Assembly (NCBI GenBank): GCA_043228905.1
Contig: JBHGNT010000010.1
Location: 4,030,001-4,094,000 of the forward strand
Direction of reading: 5' to 3'
DNA from: Azolla caroliniana
Taxonomy: Eukaryota > Plantae > Polypodiophyta
DNA: 64,000 nt
Made by a program: the position numbers and the translations under genes. This document shows positions 1-12,075 of this stretch, piece by piece. The notes below the pieces were generated by a model that worked only from the letters and a program-made list of their open reading frames with translations, did no database searches and had not been told where the DNA came from. The stretch's first letter is position 1; each line of letters starts with the position of its first letter.

Positions 1-505
1 TGAAAGGACAGAGAATAAAGATGATGTAACAAGTTGTAACGGCCTCCCTCCTTAAGCTATAAAAGAGAGCGAGAGGAATCGTAAAAGGGACCGCTTTGTC
101 GAGGACGAAGTGCTGTTGGACTAGGACCGAGCTCTTCTCCTCCATCTTTCTCTGTATTTGCTCTGTGCAGGTTTTCGGGAGGCTGACTCTGCTCCGCGGA
201 ATGCCCGAGTGCTTCTGGCAAAGTCTCCATCTCGCTCCTCTGTGTGCATGTGCGTACGCGTAGGAGATTTGTCGCTCATCGGCCTACCAGTTGTAACCCC
301 TTTTTCATCAGTATATATATATACATATATGCATTCATCTCGTTTCCTTTGTTTCATTCAGTTGCGATTTCTATGTATCTGTGTGTGTGTGTGTGTGGAA
401 GCACGGCCATTGTCTTTCTTGCTCCTACTCCTGATCGGTTATTCCTTGGTCCAAGACCCCCGTGGTCCCGCCTCATTCTATGCGCACGCACGTAACAACG
501 CGACA
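1..505 (+). mobile_element. LTR-like TGTCG..CGACA element E1 (5' end outside window), inserted in Copia C gag
   Basis: TATA-like CTATAAAAG at about 57-65; ends ...CGCGACA at 505 followed by ACGT; homologous to the reverse complement of 35726-36336; Copia gag frame starts right after. Confidence 0.8.
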
Positions 506-769
506 ACGTAAATCAACTTGTTGCAACCAAGTTTCCCCTTGATGATGCTATGCAGGCCATCCTATTGATGTGCACATTGCCGAATAGCTGGGAGAACCTG
601 GTGGTTACTCTCAACACCTCTTGTCAAGAAGAGAACTTGTCTTTACAAGCGATGAAGACAAGCATCCTAAATGAGGAAGCGAGAAGGAAGGACAAGGGTG
701 TCCTAGTCCAGTCAAAGTCAAATTTGACTCTACATACCAGCAGAGGAAGAAATCGGCAAAGGAATCCAC

Positions 770-1234
770 TATTAGAGATTAGGTACTAAAGTAAGCATAA
801 AATAAGGATATATCAATGATAGATCTAGAAAGAATAGAGAGAAAAGAGAGAAAGAAGGGTGCCGATCCACCCGACCACCCCCGAGCGAAGGGATCGAGAC
901 GGACTCGAGCCTCGATCGGCGTCCCATACCACCGCCTTGGCGTCGAGTCGTACCTGGATGATAGCGCGCTTGCTACAAGAGTCGTTCCACTCACGGACAG
1001 AGTCTCGACGTAGTCAATGCATGCCCCAATGAGGGTAGCTAGGCCTCTTATTTATAGTAATTCTCAAGGCCCCCAGCCATGTTCACACTTGGCCTCATGG
1101 GTTGTCTCAATCCCGAGGATTAAAAGTAATCCTCCCCTTCTTTAGACTCTTTGTTTAACCCTCACACTTATCCACGTGTATAGAATACTACGACAATTCT
1201 CACCACGGGATATTATATGGTCATGCCCGTAACA
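770..1234 (-). repeat. G1 3' LTR (TG...TA on the element strand)
   Basis: Direct repeat of 7353-7817; no difference seen by eye. Confidence 0.95.
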
Positions 1235-4200
1235 TACTCCCCCTCTTTAAAACATTGCACTCTTGCAATGGAAAGTTAGGGAAGTTAGTTCTTAGAGTCG
1301 TTTCGCGTTCCCATGTGGCATCTTTGATTGATTTATCCATCCATTTTATTTTAAATTCTCGGATTTCCTTAGCACGTAATTTTTTTGTTTTAACATCGAG
1401 AATTCTTTCTGGTACATGTGGTTTAGAAGATAAATCTTCAGAAGTAACCAGAGTTTCAGTTGTAACTGTATTGTCGCCAGAACCTAGAAGTTCTTTTAGA
1501 CGACTTACATGAAAGACTGGATGGATTCCAACACCATCGGGAAGAGCGAGACGATAGGCTGATGATCCAATGCGTTTGAGGACTGTAAAAGGTCCACAAA
1601 ACCGTGGGGCTAACTTAGCGCACTTACCCGTAGACAATGTCTTAGAATTGTGAGGTACACGTAAAAATACCTTCTGTCCAGGGCTGAATACACGAGGTTG
1701 CCTATGATGATCGGCATAAAAACGCGCTCTATCTTGAGCTGTTTTTATATTATCCCGTGCAATATGCAACATATCTTGCATATCCCGAAGAAAGTTTTGC
1801 GTACTTCGCAACTCATCATGATGTATATTAACATCAATCGGGGCTCGTGGCTGAAATCCATACATCAACATAAAAGGACTATATCCCGTCGACGTATGCT
1901 TGGAGCTGTTATAAGCAAACTCCAAAATTGGGAGGTAACGTTCCCATTTTGTTGGTTTTGCACCAACGTATGCTCGAAGCATGTCCTCAATAATTTGATT
2001 TACTCGTTCTGTCTGTCCATCGGATTGAGGATGATCCGTGGAGCTCATGCTCAACGTAGTTTCTAACTTCTTAAAGACTTGCGTCCAGAAGTCACTAGTA
2101 AACTTTGGATCTCGGTCACTCACGATATCCATCGGTAACCCGTAAAAACGAAATAACTCATCAACGAATTGGTAAGCCAATTCAGGAGCTGTTACCGTGG
2201 TTTTAGTAGCAATAAATCTGGCCATTTTAGTTAGTCTGTCAACCACAACCCATATGGCATCATGACCTTTTTGGGTGCGAGGAAGGCTAACAATAAAATC
2301 CATGGATATACTTTCCCACTTATTATTGGGAATGTCCAAGGGATGTAAAAGTCCTGCGGCTTTAAGTCGCTCGGCTTTGTTAACCTGACATTGGTGACAT
2401 TTAGTCACATAGCTATGTATGTCAGGACGCATCTTAGGCCAATAAAATTGAGTGGAGATGAGAACGAGTGTACGATGTATTCCAGGGTGCCCTGCTGAGG
2501 GTGCATCATGGCATTCAAAAAGAATTCTCTTTTTGACCTCAGGCAAATCTGGAACACAAACCTTCCCATTACGGTAGAGCAGACCGTTAGCAATGTGGAA
2601 GTATTCCTTCGAGGGTGTGGTGGTGTCTGTTCCAGACTCGACTCTTGCCCAGTATTTTGCAAAATAATTGTCATCAGGATACTTTCCTCGAAGGTGATCA
2701 TAAAGATCTGATGTTATTTCAGTGAAGCTAAGCATGTTAACTTCACGGATGCGACTTAGTGCATCAGCGACAGTATTCATGGAACCTTTACGATATCGTA
2801 TGGAAAAATCAAAGTCCTGGATGAGGTCAGCCCATCGTGCCTTACGACCTTTCAGGTCTTGTTGGTCACAAAAATATTTCAAGGACTCGTGGTCCGTAGT
2901 TACCACAAAGCGATTTCCATAAAGATAATGGCGCCATGTTTTGAGCGCATGTATAACCGCAAATAATTCCTTTTCTTGAACGGTATACCGACATTGAGCA
3001 GAATCAAGTTTCTTACTCTCGAATGCTATTGGTTTACCATCTTGATACAAGACAGCACCTATAGCATAATCGCTTGCGTCGGTTTCAACCTCAAAAGGTT
3101 TTGAAGGATCGGGTAAAAGAAGTGAAGGAGCCTTGCATACCAAGTCCTTGAGTTCCTTAAAGGCGAGGTCTAGTGTAGCATTCCACACAATAGGTTTTGT
3201 AGACTTACGCGTTTGACCTTTTAGAAGATCAGTAAACGGCGTCGTCAATTGTGAGTAATTACGAAGAGATTTTCGCAAAAATCCGACAAAACCAAGGAAT
3301 GAGCGAACTTCTCGAATATTCCGAAGAGTGGGCCAAAGCTTGATTTTCTCGATGCGAGAAGGATCAATTTCAACTCCTCGTTCGGTTATGAGATGTCCAA
3401 GATAAGTAATTGATTTCTTGAAGAACTCACATTTTGAGATCTTCGCGTAAAATTGTTTGTCACGCAATATTTGTAAAACAAAGCGGACATGTCTAGCATG
3501 TTCTTGTAATGTACGGCTATAAACTAAAATATCATCTAAGAAGATAACGACAAATTTTCCAAGTTGTTCTCGGAAAATGTCATTCATTTCTTGTTGAAAT
3601 GTAGCCGGAGCATTGGTCAAACCAAAAGGCATAACCAAAAACTCATAATGGCCGTAGCGCGTACGAAATGCTGTTTTAGGAACATCGTCCTCACTTATTC
3701 GTATTTGATGGTAGCCAGTACGGAGATCAAGTTTCGTAAAATACCGAGCTCCCTGGAGACGGTCAATTAGATCGTCAGCCCGGGGCAATGGGTACGAATT
3801 CTTGATCGTCACTTTATTCAAGCGTCGGTAATTAATACACATACGCCATGTGCCCTCTTTCTTTTTAACCAAGAGAACTGGTGCACCCCATGGAGATTTA
3901 CTATAACGTATATAACCCATTCGTAAATAGTCCTTAAGTTGCTTAGCTACCTCATCCTCTTCAGATCGACTTAGGCGATACGGAGGTATACTAATGGGTG
4001 CAACGCCAGGTACAATATCTATACGATGGTCTATATTACGTTTAGGAGGTAAACCATCGGGTAGTTCACTCGGAAAAACATCACGAAAATCGTTTACGAT
4101 TTCATCAAGTTGTTTTTGTTCAAAATATGTTAATTGACCCGAAACATTATCGATATTGTAAACGTGAATGTCCGGATCAAGTACACAATAAAATAACGTA

Positions 4201-5654
4201 GAACAAGACAACTCGGATATTGATGGACACGAGGAAACAATCGAGAGGGATTGTTTTTTTACACATTGAATAAAATGCGTACAATCGTTGAGTACAAAAG
4301 AAATGGAATGGCGAACCCAATCAATAAATAAAGAAGAGCTTTTATTATAAAACCAGGGATAACCCAGTATTACATCGGTGGTACTAAGATTCATTACATG
4401 GAAGTCTACTTCCTCTATATAGGTATCAATAGAAATTCCTAAAGAATGAATCGCCCCGTTGATGTGTTGTACTCTTCCATCAGCCAAGTGCACCGTGTAG
4501 GTGTGATCACTTACGGTGGGTTGGATTCCCCATATCTGTACCAAACGATCATTCACAAAATTGTGTGAGCTTCCCGAATCAAATAGAAATTGTACGGGAG
4601 ATCCATTGATATACCCGTTTGCACGTAGTAAATCATTGGGACCCAATACATAATGAGGGAAAGAACATTGACAATTACTCAAATGATGTGTATAGACCTG
4701 AAGGACATTAGGAATCTGACCTTTATGGTCTGTAGCTTTAGGTTTGGCGTCGTGCTCTTTTCGTTGGAGCTTACGACATTGCTCTTTTGTATGACCCTTC
4801 TTTTTGCAGAATACGCAAAAAGGATGTTGTCGCTTATAATCGCGATCCATGAATTCGTTGGGTGTCTTGCATTTCCCAGCGAATTGCGACTGCTTAGTCC
4901 CGGGCGCTTCGTTGGGTTTGTTATGGTCCTTCTTCGAAGTGCGTTGATAGCGAAGAACTATCTCAACGGCCTCTTCGAAGGATTTTGGATCCTTATCGTG
5001 CACTATCCAGTGATAGTCCGAATTGGGGATGCCATTGACAAAACAAGCTATTAACCAATTGTCCCCTTCTAGACCCGATTTTTGGATTTGGGTTCTAGCA
5101 TGGTGGACATAGTCTTCTAGCGAGGAAAACTTCCTGCTAGAGAGGTTCATTAAAGCTTGTGCTGCCTCGGTTCGAGAGGGAGGTTGTAGAAATTGACCCT
5201 TGAAAACTGTGACAAAGTCTGTCCAGGTCTCGGGCAATCTCCCCAAAGTTCGGAGCCCACGCCACCAAGCGGCGGCCTTACCCCCTAGTTCTCGGCCGAC
5301 ATATGCAATCTTCGTACTATCTGGCGTGGGATAGAGCTCAAAATGAGACTCCCATCGGCCCAGCCACGTGCAGATTGCTTCTTCGGTTCTTTCCTTTTTA
5401 TCTCCCGTAAATGGCTTTACGACAAATGATGGTTCACCCTGACGCTCATCAGGTCTATTAATCTCATTTTGGAGACTAATGACTCGTGCCTCGAGAGCAC
5501 TTTGAGATTGCCGAAATTCGGTCAACTGCTGCGCGGTTGAACTAAGGAAATGTTGTACTTGTAAAATATACGCCTCAATGGACATTGTCCCAGGAGGATT
5601 TCCTTGAGGTCTTTCCGCTTGAGCGGAGGGCATCGGGTCGTTATTCTGAGCCAT
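1221..5654 (-). CDS. Gypsy Gag-Pol polyprotein (gag, CCHC, protease, RT, RNase H, integrase, chromodomain)
   Basis: ORF 1221-5744; likely start MAQNNDP at 5654 (conserved ATG at 48732 in G2); motifs [48 protein letters not shown], chromodomain PERILD..KW..DATWE; stop lies inside the 3' LTR. Confidence 0.95.
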   Translation of the reverse strand: MAQNNDPMPSAQAERPQGNPPGTMSIEAYILQVQHFLSSTAQQLTEFRQSQSALEARVISLQNEINRPDERQGEPSFVVKPFTGDKKERTEEAICTWLGRWESHFELYPTPDSTKIAYVGRELGGKAAAWWRGLRTLGRLPETWTDFVTVFKGQFLQPPSRTEAAQALMNLSSRKFSSLEDYVHHARTQIQKSGLEGDNWLIACFVNGIPNSDYHWIVHDKDPKSFEEAVEIVLRYQRTSKKDHNKPNEAPGTKQSQFAGKCKTPNEFMDRDYKRQHPFCVFCKKKGHTKEQCRKLQRKEHDAKPKATDHKGQIPNVLQVYTHHLSNCQCSFPHYVLGPNDLLRANGYINGSPVQFLFDSGSSHNFVNDRLVQIWGIQPTVSDHTYTVHLADGRVQHINGAIHSLGISIDTYIEEVDFHVMNLSTTDVILGYPWFYNKSSSLFIDWVRHSISFVLNDCTHFIQCVKKQSLSIVSSCPSISELSCSTLFYCVLDPDIHVYNIDNVSGQLTYFEQKQLDEIVNDFRDVFPSELPDGLPPKRNIDHRIDIVPGVAPISIPPYRLSRSEEDEVAKQLKDYLRMGYIRYSKSPWGAPVLLVKKKEGTWRMCINYRRLNKVTIKNSYPLPRADDLIDRLQGARYFTKLDLRTGYHQIRISEDDVPKTAFRTRYGHYEFLVMPFGLTNAPATFQQEMNDIFREQLGKFVVIFLDDILVYSRTLQEHARHVRFVLQILRDKQFYAKISKCEFFKKSITYLGHLITERGVEIDPSRIEKIKLWPTLRNIREVRSFLGFVGFLRKSLRNYSQLTTPFTDLLKGQTRKSTKPIVWNATLDLAFKELKDLVCKAPSLLLPDPSKPFEVETDASDYAIGAVLYQDGKPIAFESKKLDSAQCRYTVQEKELFAVIHALKTWRHYLYGNRFVVTTDHESLKYFCDQQDLKGRKARWADLIQDFDFSIRYRKGSMNTVADALSRIREVNMLSFTEITSDLYDHLRGKYPDDNYFAKYWARVESGTDTTTPSKEYFHIANGLLYRNGKVCVPDLPEVKKRILFECHDAPSAGHPGIHRTLVLISTQFYWPKMRPDIHSYVTKCHQCQVNKAERLKAAGLLHPLDIPNNKWESISMDFIVSLPRTQKGHDAIWVVVDRLTKMARFIATKTTVTAPELAYQFVDELFRFYGLPMDIVSDRDPKFTSDFWTQVFKKLETTLSMSSTDHPQSDGQTERVNQIIEDMLRAYVGAKPTKWERYLPILEFAYNSSKHTSTGYSPFMLMYGFQPRAPIDVNIHHDELRSTQNFLRDMQDMLHIARDNIKTAQDRARFYADHHRQPRVFSPGQKVFLRVPHNSKTLSTGKCAKLAPRFCGPFTVLKRIGSSAYRLALPDGVGIHPVFHVSRLKELLGSGDNTVTTETLVTSEDLSSKPHVPERILDVKTKKLRAKEIREFKIKWMDKSIKDATWERETTLRTNFPNFPLQECNVLKRGSMLRA
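1235..1250 (-). promoter_or_regulatory. G1 polypurine tract
   Basis: TTAAAGAGGGGGAGTA immediately before the 3' LTR on the minus strand. Confidence 0.85.
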
Positions 5655-5667
5655 TGAATGATTATTT

Positions 5668-7232
5668 CTGGCAAAGAAATAAGATAAGGTCAGACAAATA
5701 GTCATAACATCTTGTCGTGGTGTAAACATATCATGGGCAAACATTAATCGATATCATGATCTCACGTCAATACCCCTCTAGACGTATGAGATGAGGTTCA
5801 AGATCAGGTTACTATGGTAACACAGAGGTGTTTTAAAAACCATGGGGGTGACAAATGAATGCCTTTCCCTGATCTCTATATCGATTTTTTTCATGGTGGC
5901 TCCCCGAGGCTCAACCATGTATGTTCGCGTCATGAATAGTTTATACACGAAAAAAATGTTAACAATAACTATGTTTCTGTGCCCACATATGTGGTTTCGG
6001 CTCTTTAAGTCCTATTACGAGGACCCCGAAGTGCACTTAGACCTAAAGTCTAAATATGTATTATAGTCATATGTATCAACGATGTTGTATGGTGTTGGTC
6101 ATATTTGAACTCGAGACCTCGAGGACAAATACATTAAACACTTGAGCCAACCAAGTAGATTGCGCGTCTTGAATGTTTAATGTTTGAGGCGTATTCGAGA
6201 TATGCGAGGCATTTGCCCCTATATGTTTTTTTTAAAAGAAACATATAGGTCAAGTGGCCTTATTTCTCCCTCATTTATTACCCACTATGGTTGTACGCTA
6301 CCTAACCTCAAGCCGCGTAATTACGATGGCATATGCCAAAGTGTAACCTAATGGTCAAGCCGAATGAGCCCTTGTGTCTTCGTAGGCTCATGTGGCCCAT
6401 CACATGGTCACGTCATTACGAATGCCACTCGTAAGAACGAGCTCATGGTGGCATCGTATCCATGTAACGAGGGGAGATGTTGGATACGTGTGTCATTAGA
6501 GCGACCCTACTTGATGTGGATCAAGCCCGACGTATTCAACATCATTTTGGCTATACGAGGTTCGTTACGTAACGAAATATCAAAGTGACCAACGGGAATT
6601 TCAACAATAAAAATTGTTGATAAAAGGGATGGTGACAACGCCATTCTCACAAAAATGTGAGGACGGCCACCAAAATCCTCTCCCCAAGTAGGAAAACATT
6701 TGATATGAATCACGTAATCTAAAATATACACATATGTCAATATATCACATATATACGATCAGAGACATATATAAGTGACCACATATGCGTATACTAAATG
6801 AATCGTTTTTTTATATAGCCAACAATGATGTATTCGGGATACGTAATCGAGGCATATACCTCTACGCACACGAAACATCCGAAAATAAGGTTAAGCGTAA
6901 TTCGCAATTGAGGTATTGACCTCTTACGCATACTAAACCCAACGCATATCATTTCGAACGAATCGAGGTATTGACCTCGTACGCGAACGTAACATATGTT
7001 CGTGAACGTAATACGCAATTCAGGTAGTAACCTCGTACGCATACGACACTCATCACATATGATTTATATGTCAAACGAGGTATTGACCTCGTGGACATAT
7101 GTAAACGTTTAAGATAACCAATTAAATACCACGTCAACATCATTGAATATATGAAAAAAAAAACTACATATTAAGTATACACATGTATAGAAGGGAGAAG
7201 AAAAATTAGATAAAAAATTAAGGAAAATTTAC
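5668..7232 (-). other. Predicted 5'-UTR intron of G1
   Basis: Donor G|GTAAA at 7232; CTGAC branch-like motif, pyrimidine tract and CAG at 5668, 13 nt before the gag ATG; both sites conserved in G2 (47152, 48719). Confidence 0.6.
6845..7097. repeat. Array of five palindromic GAGGT-N4-ACCTC units, period about 55-61 bp, in the Gypsy leader
   Basis: Units at about 6845, 6906, 6961, 7017, 7073; also present in G2 at about 47290-47537. Confidence 0.85.
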
Positions 7233-7338
7233 CGAAGTTCTTTCGCTAATCCTTGTCTGCATGAAGGCGACCGCACAACGATCAATCGCCATCCCACGCG
7301 AAGACAAAAAGAAAACCAAAAGAAACGTTAGTACATGA

Positions 7339-7350
7339 GCTCTGATACCA
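7339..7350 (-). promoter_or_regulatory. G1 primer binding site (tRNA-iMet)
   Basis: TGGTATCAGAGC 2 nt from the 5' LTR. Confidence 0.95.
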
Positions 7351-7352
7351 AA

Positions 7353-7817
7353 TATTAGAGATTAGGTACTAAAGTAAGCATAAAATAAGGATATATCAAT
7401 GATAGATCTAGAAAGAATAGAGAGAAAAGAGAGAAAGAAGGGTGCCGATCCACCCGACCACCCCCGAGCGAAGGGATCGAGACGGACTCGAGCCTCGATC
7501 GGCGTCCCATACCACCGCCTTGGCGTCGAGTCGTACCTGGATGATAGCGCGCTTGCTACAAGAGTCGTTCCACTCACGGACAGAGTCTCGACGTAGTCAA
7601 TGCATGCCCCAATGAGGGTAGCTAGGCCTCTTATTTATAGTAATTCTCAAGGCCCCCAGCCATGTTCACACTTGGCCTCATGGGTTGTCTCAATCCCGAG
7701 GATTAAAAGTAATCCTCCCCTTCTTTAGACTCTTTGTTTAACCCTCACACTTATCCACGTGTATAGAATACTACGACAATTCTCACCACGGGATATTATA
7801 TGGTCATGCCCGTAACA
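7353..7817 (-). repeat. G1 5' LTR
   Basis: Direct repeat of 770-1234, adjacent to the PBS. Confidence 0.95.
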
Positions 7818-9849
7818 TCCACCAAGGCGAGAAAAGCCTCAAGCTAGGTCGAAGTCCAGAGGAAAGCTCGTGTGCTTCTATTGTGGAAAACCTGGACACT
7901 TCCAGAAGGACTCCTAACAGATGAGAAAGGACAGAGGTGTCGGTAATGGTGTCGAACCCAGGAAGATTCCTAATGAAAAGGGCACTTCAGCCATTGTTAT
8001 GAGCAATGAAGAACTTCTATTCGTCTGTGAACAGGCAAGTGCAAACCTAGCGAGTGAGGAATGCACTTGGGTGATCAACTCTGGTGCATCTTTCCATATA
8101 ACTCCGTCGAGAGAGAATTTCTCGACTTACATAGTTGGGGATCATGGTTATGTAAAGATGGGTGACAATGGGGAGTGCAAGATAGCCAGAGTTGGAAGTG
8201 TTATTTGACGACGTCGACATGGTGTCGTCTTACTCTGAAGGATATTCGACATGTCCTCGACATCAGATTGAATCTAATATCAACTAGAAGATTGGACGAC
8301 GAAGGCTACAGTGGTAGCTTCCGAAACGAGAAATGGAAGTTTTGGCGAGGAAATATTATAGTGGCCCGAGCACAAAAAAGAAGGAACATTGTATATGATG
8401 CAACCCCGACTGTGCAAGTCGGAAGTGAATGTGGCATCTGACTCAACAGGACAGATATGGCATAAGAGGCTAGGCCACATGAGTGAGAAGGGACTACATC
8501 TGTTGGCCGATCAAAAGCTTCTACCAGAGGTAAAGGGAGTGCACCTGGAGAGGTGCGTCGACTGCTTAGTTGGAAAGTAGAACATAGCAACATTCCACTT
8601 TAGACCACCAAGGAGAAGAGAAGTGTCACTGGAACTAGTACACACCAATGTGTGTTATGTAGATGCTCCGTCACACCGAGGCGGACAGTACTTTGTGACC
8701 TTCATCAATGACTACAGTCGGAAGTTGTGGGCTTTCGTACTAAAGTCAAAAGATCAAGTACTGTCATTTTTCAAGGAGTTCTAGGCAAGAGTTGAACGGG
8801 AATCAGGTCGGAGGTTGAAGGTTGTCCGAACCGACAATGGTGGCGAATATAAAGGGTAGTTTGAGGAATACTGCAAGGCCCAAGGTATTCAAATCGAATA
8901 CACAGTACCTAAGACCCCTGAGTTGAATAGGCTTGCAGGGAGGATGAATAGAAGAATCATGGAGAGAGTAAGAAGTATCCTCTCTCATGATAAACTACCG
9001 AAATCGTATTGGGTTGAGGCGATGTATATAGTTGTTTATCTGATCAACAGGTCTCCCTCAATACCATTGAAGGGTGATGTTCCACAGAGGGTCTGGACAG
9101 GAAAGGATGTCTCCTACCGACACCTGAGGGTGTCTTGATGCCTAGTGTATATGTTGTGCCTAAGGATCAGAGGTCGGAGCTCGACACTAAGTTGAACCCA
9201 TGCATATATCATGGGATACTCGGAAGATGAGTTCGGCTATAGGTTATGGGACCTAGTCGACAAGAAAGTAGTGAGGAGTCAGGATGTAGTCTTCTTGGAA
9301 GACAAGACGATAGAGGATTGGAAGCATAAGAAGTCGGAATTGACTACCCAGTCAACCTCTACTACTATCTATTAGAGGCCAAGTGAACTAACACAATCGG
9401 TTGTTCGAAGATAGCCAATCGGCTATGAGTCTGAGTTGGCTGAGCGGTTAAGGTCGATCGAGGAATACAAGTTGGAGTCTTCCAACCTTGAGAAGCCGAT
9501 CGACATATATGAACCCGAGGGAAGAGGAGAGTCGGGAGAGACACCCGAACAAGAGCCGACAACGAGTGGAAGGAGTTACCCACTCAGAGAAAGGAGAGCA
9601 CTGACAACATATGTCAATCAATACATCCTCTTAACTGATGAAGGTGAGCCAGAGTGCTATGATGAAGTCATTGCGGACGAGCACAGAGAGAAATGGTTGA
9701 GCGCGATGCAAGATAAGATGGACTCCTTGCATGAAAACTACACCTACGACATGGTAGAATTACCGAAAGTTAAGAGAGCACTCAGGAACAAATGGGTCTA
9801 CAAGGTGAAGACTGAAGAAGTCCACAGTGCGCCTAGGTATAAAGCCCGT

Positions 9850-10425
9850 TGTCGCGGTATTCCGCGAGTACGTATAGGATCCGAGGCGGGACCACGGGGG
9901 TCTTGGACTAGGGAGTAGATGAGAAGGAATAGACACAAAATGGAAGCTTAGCTCAAGAGGAGAAGAGGAAGAATAGCCATATAAACATAGAATGGATGGA
10001 GGCAAGATACACCAACAAGACAAGAAACATCAACATGCTATATTAAGAGTCCACAAAAATTATTACAACCATGGCCGCATAGGCCGCACCAAAACGACTA
10101 CAAGAAAACCCTAACTGGATAAGTAAGCAAAGAAGCATAGAAACCCTAAAGGAAACCCAAGAAGAAAACCCTAGAAGAAACCCTAAAACCGAATAGAACC
10201 CCTCAACCTAAGTGGTATACCTCTCTCACTCAAAATAGGCAACCCCTTCACAAGTGACCCCTCCCTTCCTTTTATAGCCCAAGGAGGGAGGGGCCTTACA
10301 ATGTGGGATAAATTTCCCCGCTTTATTCTATACACCATTTTACATTGTAAATGTGCACATGTTGCACACCGCCGACTTGCCCATTCCATCCCGGTTTCAC
10401 ACTGTAGCCGGAAATCTTCACGACA
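9850..10425 (-). mobile_element. Solo-LTR-like TGTCG..CGACA element E2 in Copia C RT
   Basis: Flanks CCGT / CCAT; removal restores YKARVVVKGF; TATA-like motif on the minus strand at about 10270. Confidence 0.85.
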
Positions 10426-11859
10426 CCATGTTGTGGTGAAGGGTTTCCAACAAAAAAAGGGCGTCGACTTTGACGAAATACTCGCTCTAGTCGTGAAGAT
10501 GACATCCATTAGACCTGTTCTGAGCATAGCTGCCAACATGGATTTGGAGATCAAACAGTTGGGTGTCAAGACGGCATTCTTGCACGGGGAGTTGGATGAA
10601 GATATCTACATGTAGCAACCCAAAGGTTTTGTGGAGAAAGGGAAAGAGAATTTGGTGTGTCGACTGAAGAAAAGCTTGTATGGCCTCAAACAAGCTCCAC
10701 ACTAATGGTACAAGAAGTTCGAGTCCTTCATGCTGGAACATGGGTTCCAGAAAAAACAAGCTCATCATTGTGTGTTTGTCAAAAGGTACGATGAAGGTGA
10801 TTTCTTAACTCTCTTATTATATGTAGACGACATGTTGATAGTCGGTCAAGATACAAAGAAGATCGGAAGCTTGAAGAAATCTCTAGGTAAATCGTTTGCC
10901 ATGAAAGATCTTGGTCCGGGTAAACAGATATTTGGGATGCACATAGTTCGGGACAAAACTAAGAAAGTGTTGTGGTTGTCACAAGATTAATACGTGACAA
11001 AGATCCTAGAAAGATTCAACATGACAGAAGCAAAGCTAGTCAGCTCTGTGTTACCGACTAACTGCAAGTTAAATGCAAAGCAATGCATGAGAGGGGAGAA
11101 AGAAAAGGTTGAGATGAAGAAAGTAGCATATGCCTCAACCATCGGCAATCTAATGTATGTTGTGGTTTGCACGAGACCATGCATAGCTTTTGTTGTGGGA
11201 ACAGTAAGACTATACATGAGTAATCTAGGAAGAGAACACTAAGCAGTGGTAAAGTGGATACTCAAGTACTTAAAAGGCACCTCGAGGGTATGCCTAAGGT
11301 ATGGTGTCGTAAAACCCATGCTCAAAGGGTTTACCGACTTGGACATGTTGGGGGATGTAGATTCAAGTCGATTCACGTCAGGGTACATGATGACCTATGT
11401 GACGGGAACCCAAAGTTCCTTATGCGCAACGCTCGGCCACAACTGAGCTTAGAATGATACACAGAAAAACGGGAAATAAAACGTGACACAAAGAAGGAGA
11501 GAATACACAGGAGGTTTACGTGGAAAACCCCAAACTAGGGGAAAAAACCACGGCAGCCCACAGGCTGCAAACTGTCACTATGTAGGAATATACAACAGTG
11601 AGTTCACTGAGGCAACGACCTCGTGCTCACGGATCTTCGCCACAAGCGGCGGTTACAACAGAGGCAACGACCTCGTCTCTCTCTCTCTCTCAGTACAGTT
11701 ACGCACTCTCACTTCTTCTTGCACCAACAAGGAAGAGTGACAACCACTACTACCTAAAAGTTTGCCCTAAGTCATATTTATACTAATATGACTTTTCGGC
11801 TATTTACAAATATAGCCACGATGGGCTCTCAGAAACATATTTACGAATATGTCTCTTCC

Positions 11860-12075
11860 TCCGGTTCATACCGGGTCTGCACCATCCGGCTCTCCGTAGC
11901 CGGGTACTCCTCATCCAGTTCGTACCGGGCCCGCACCATCCGGCTCTCCGTAGCCGGGTACTCCTCATCCGGTTCGTACCGGGCCTGCACCATCCGGCTC
12001 TCCGTAGCCGGGTACTCCTCATCCGGTTCGTACCGGACCTGCACCATCCGGCTCTCCGTAGCCGGGTACTCCTCA
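11860..12075. repeat. 54-bp CCGG-rich tandem repeat in the A-family LTR
   Basis: Unit caccatccggctctccgtagccgggtactcctcatccggttcgtaccgggtctg, about 4 copies; also in A3 and A4 LTRs. Confidence 0.9.

Larger units (their letters stand above)
770..7817 (-). mobile_element. Intact Ty3/Gypsy chromovirus G1
   Basis: 465-bp LTRs at 770-1234 and 7353-7817; 5-bp TSD TCCAC (765-769 / 7818-7822); PBS, PPT and one uninterrupted gag-pol ORF. Confidence 0.97.
506..11399 (+). pseudogene. Old Copia (family C, Tnt1/Tork-like) gag-pol pseudogene, outermost host; pieces 506-769, 7823-9849, 10430-11399
   Basis: Gag (FPLDDAMQAILLMCTLPNSWENLVV), zinc knuckle, PR (WVINSGASFH), GAG-pre-INT (WHKRLGH), INT, RT (YVDDML), start of RNase H; many stops and frameshifts; reading frame rejoins across each insertion. 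Confidence 0.9.

Noticed and set aside
5655-5744. 30-aa N-terminal extension of the Gypsy ORF
   Set aside because: Not maintained in frame in G2, and it overlaps the predicted splice acceptor.
6845-7097. CRISPR array
   Set aside because: Eukaryotic retroelement context, no cas genes, degenerate repeats, spacers fixed between copies and partly similar to each other. Kept only as a hairpin array.
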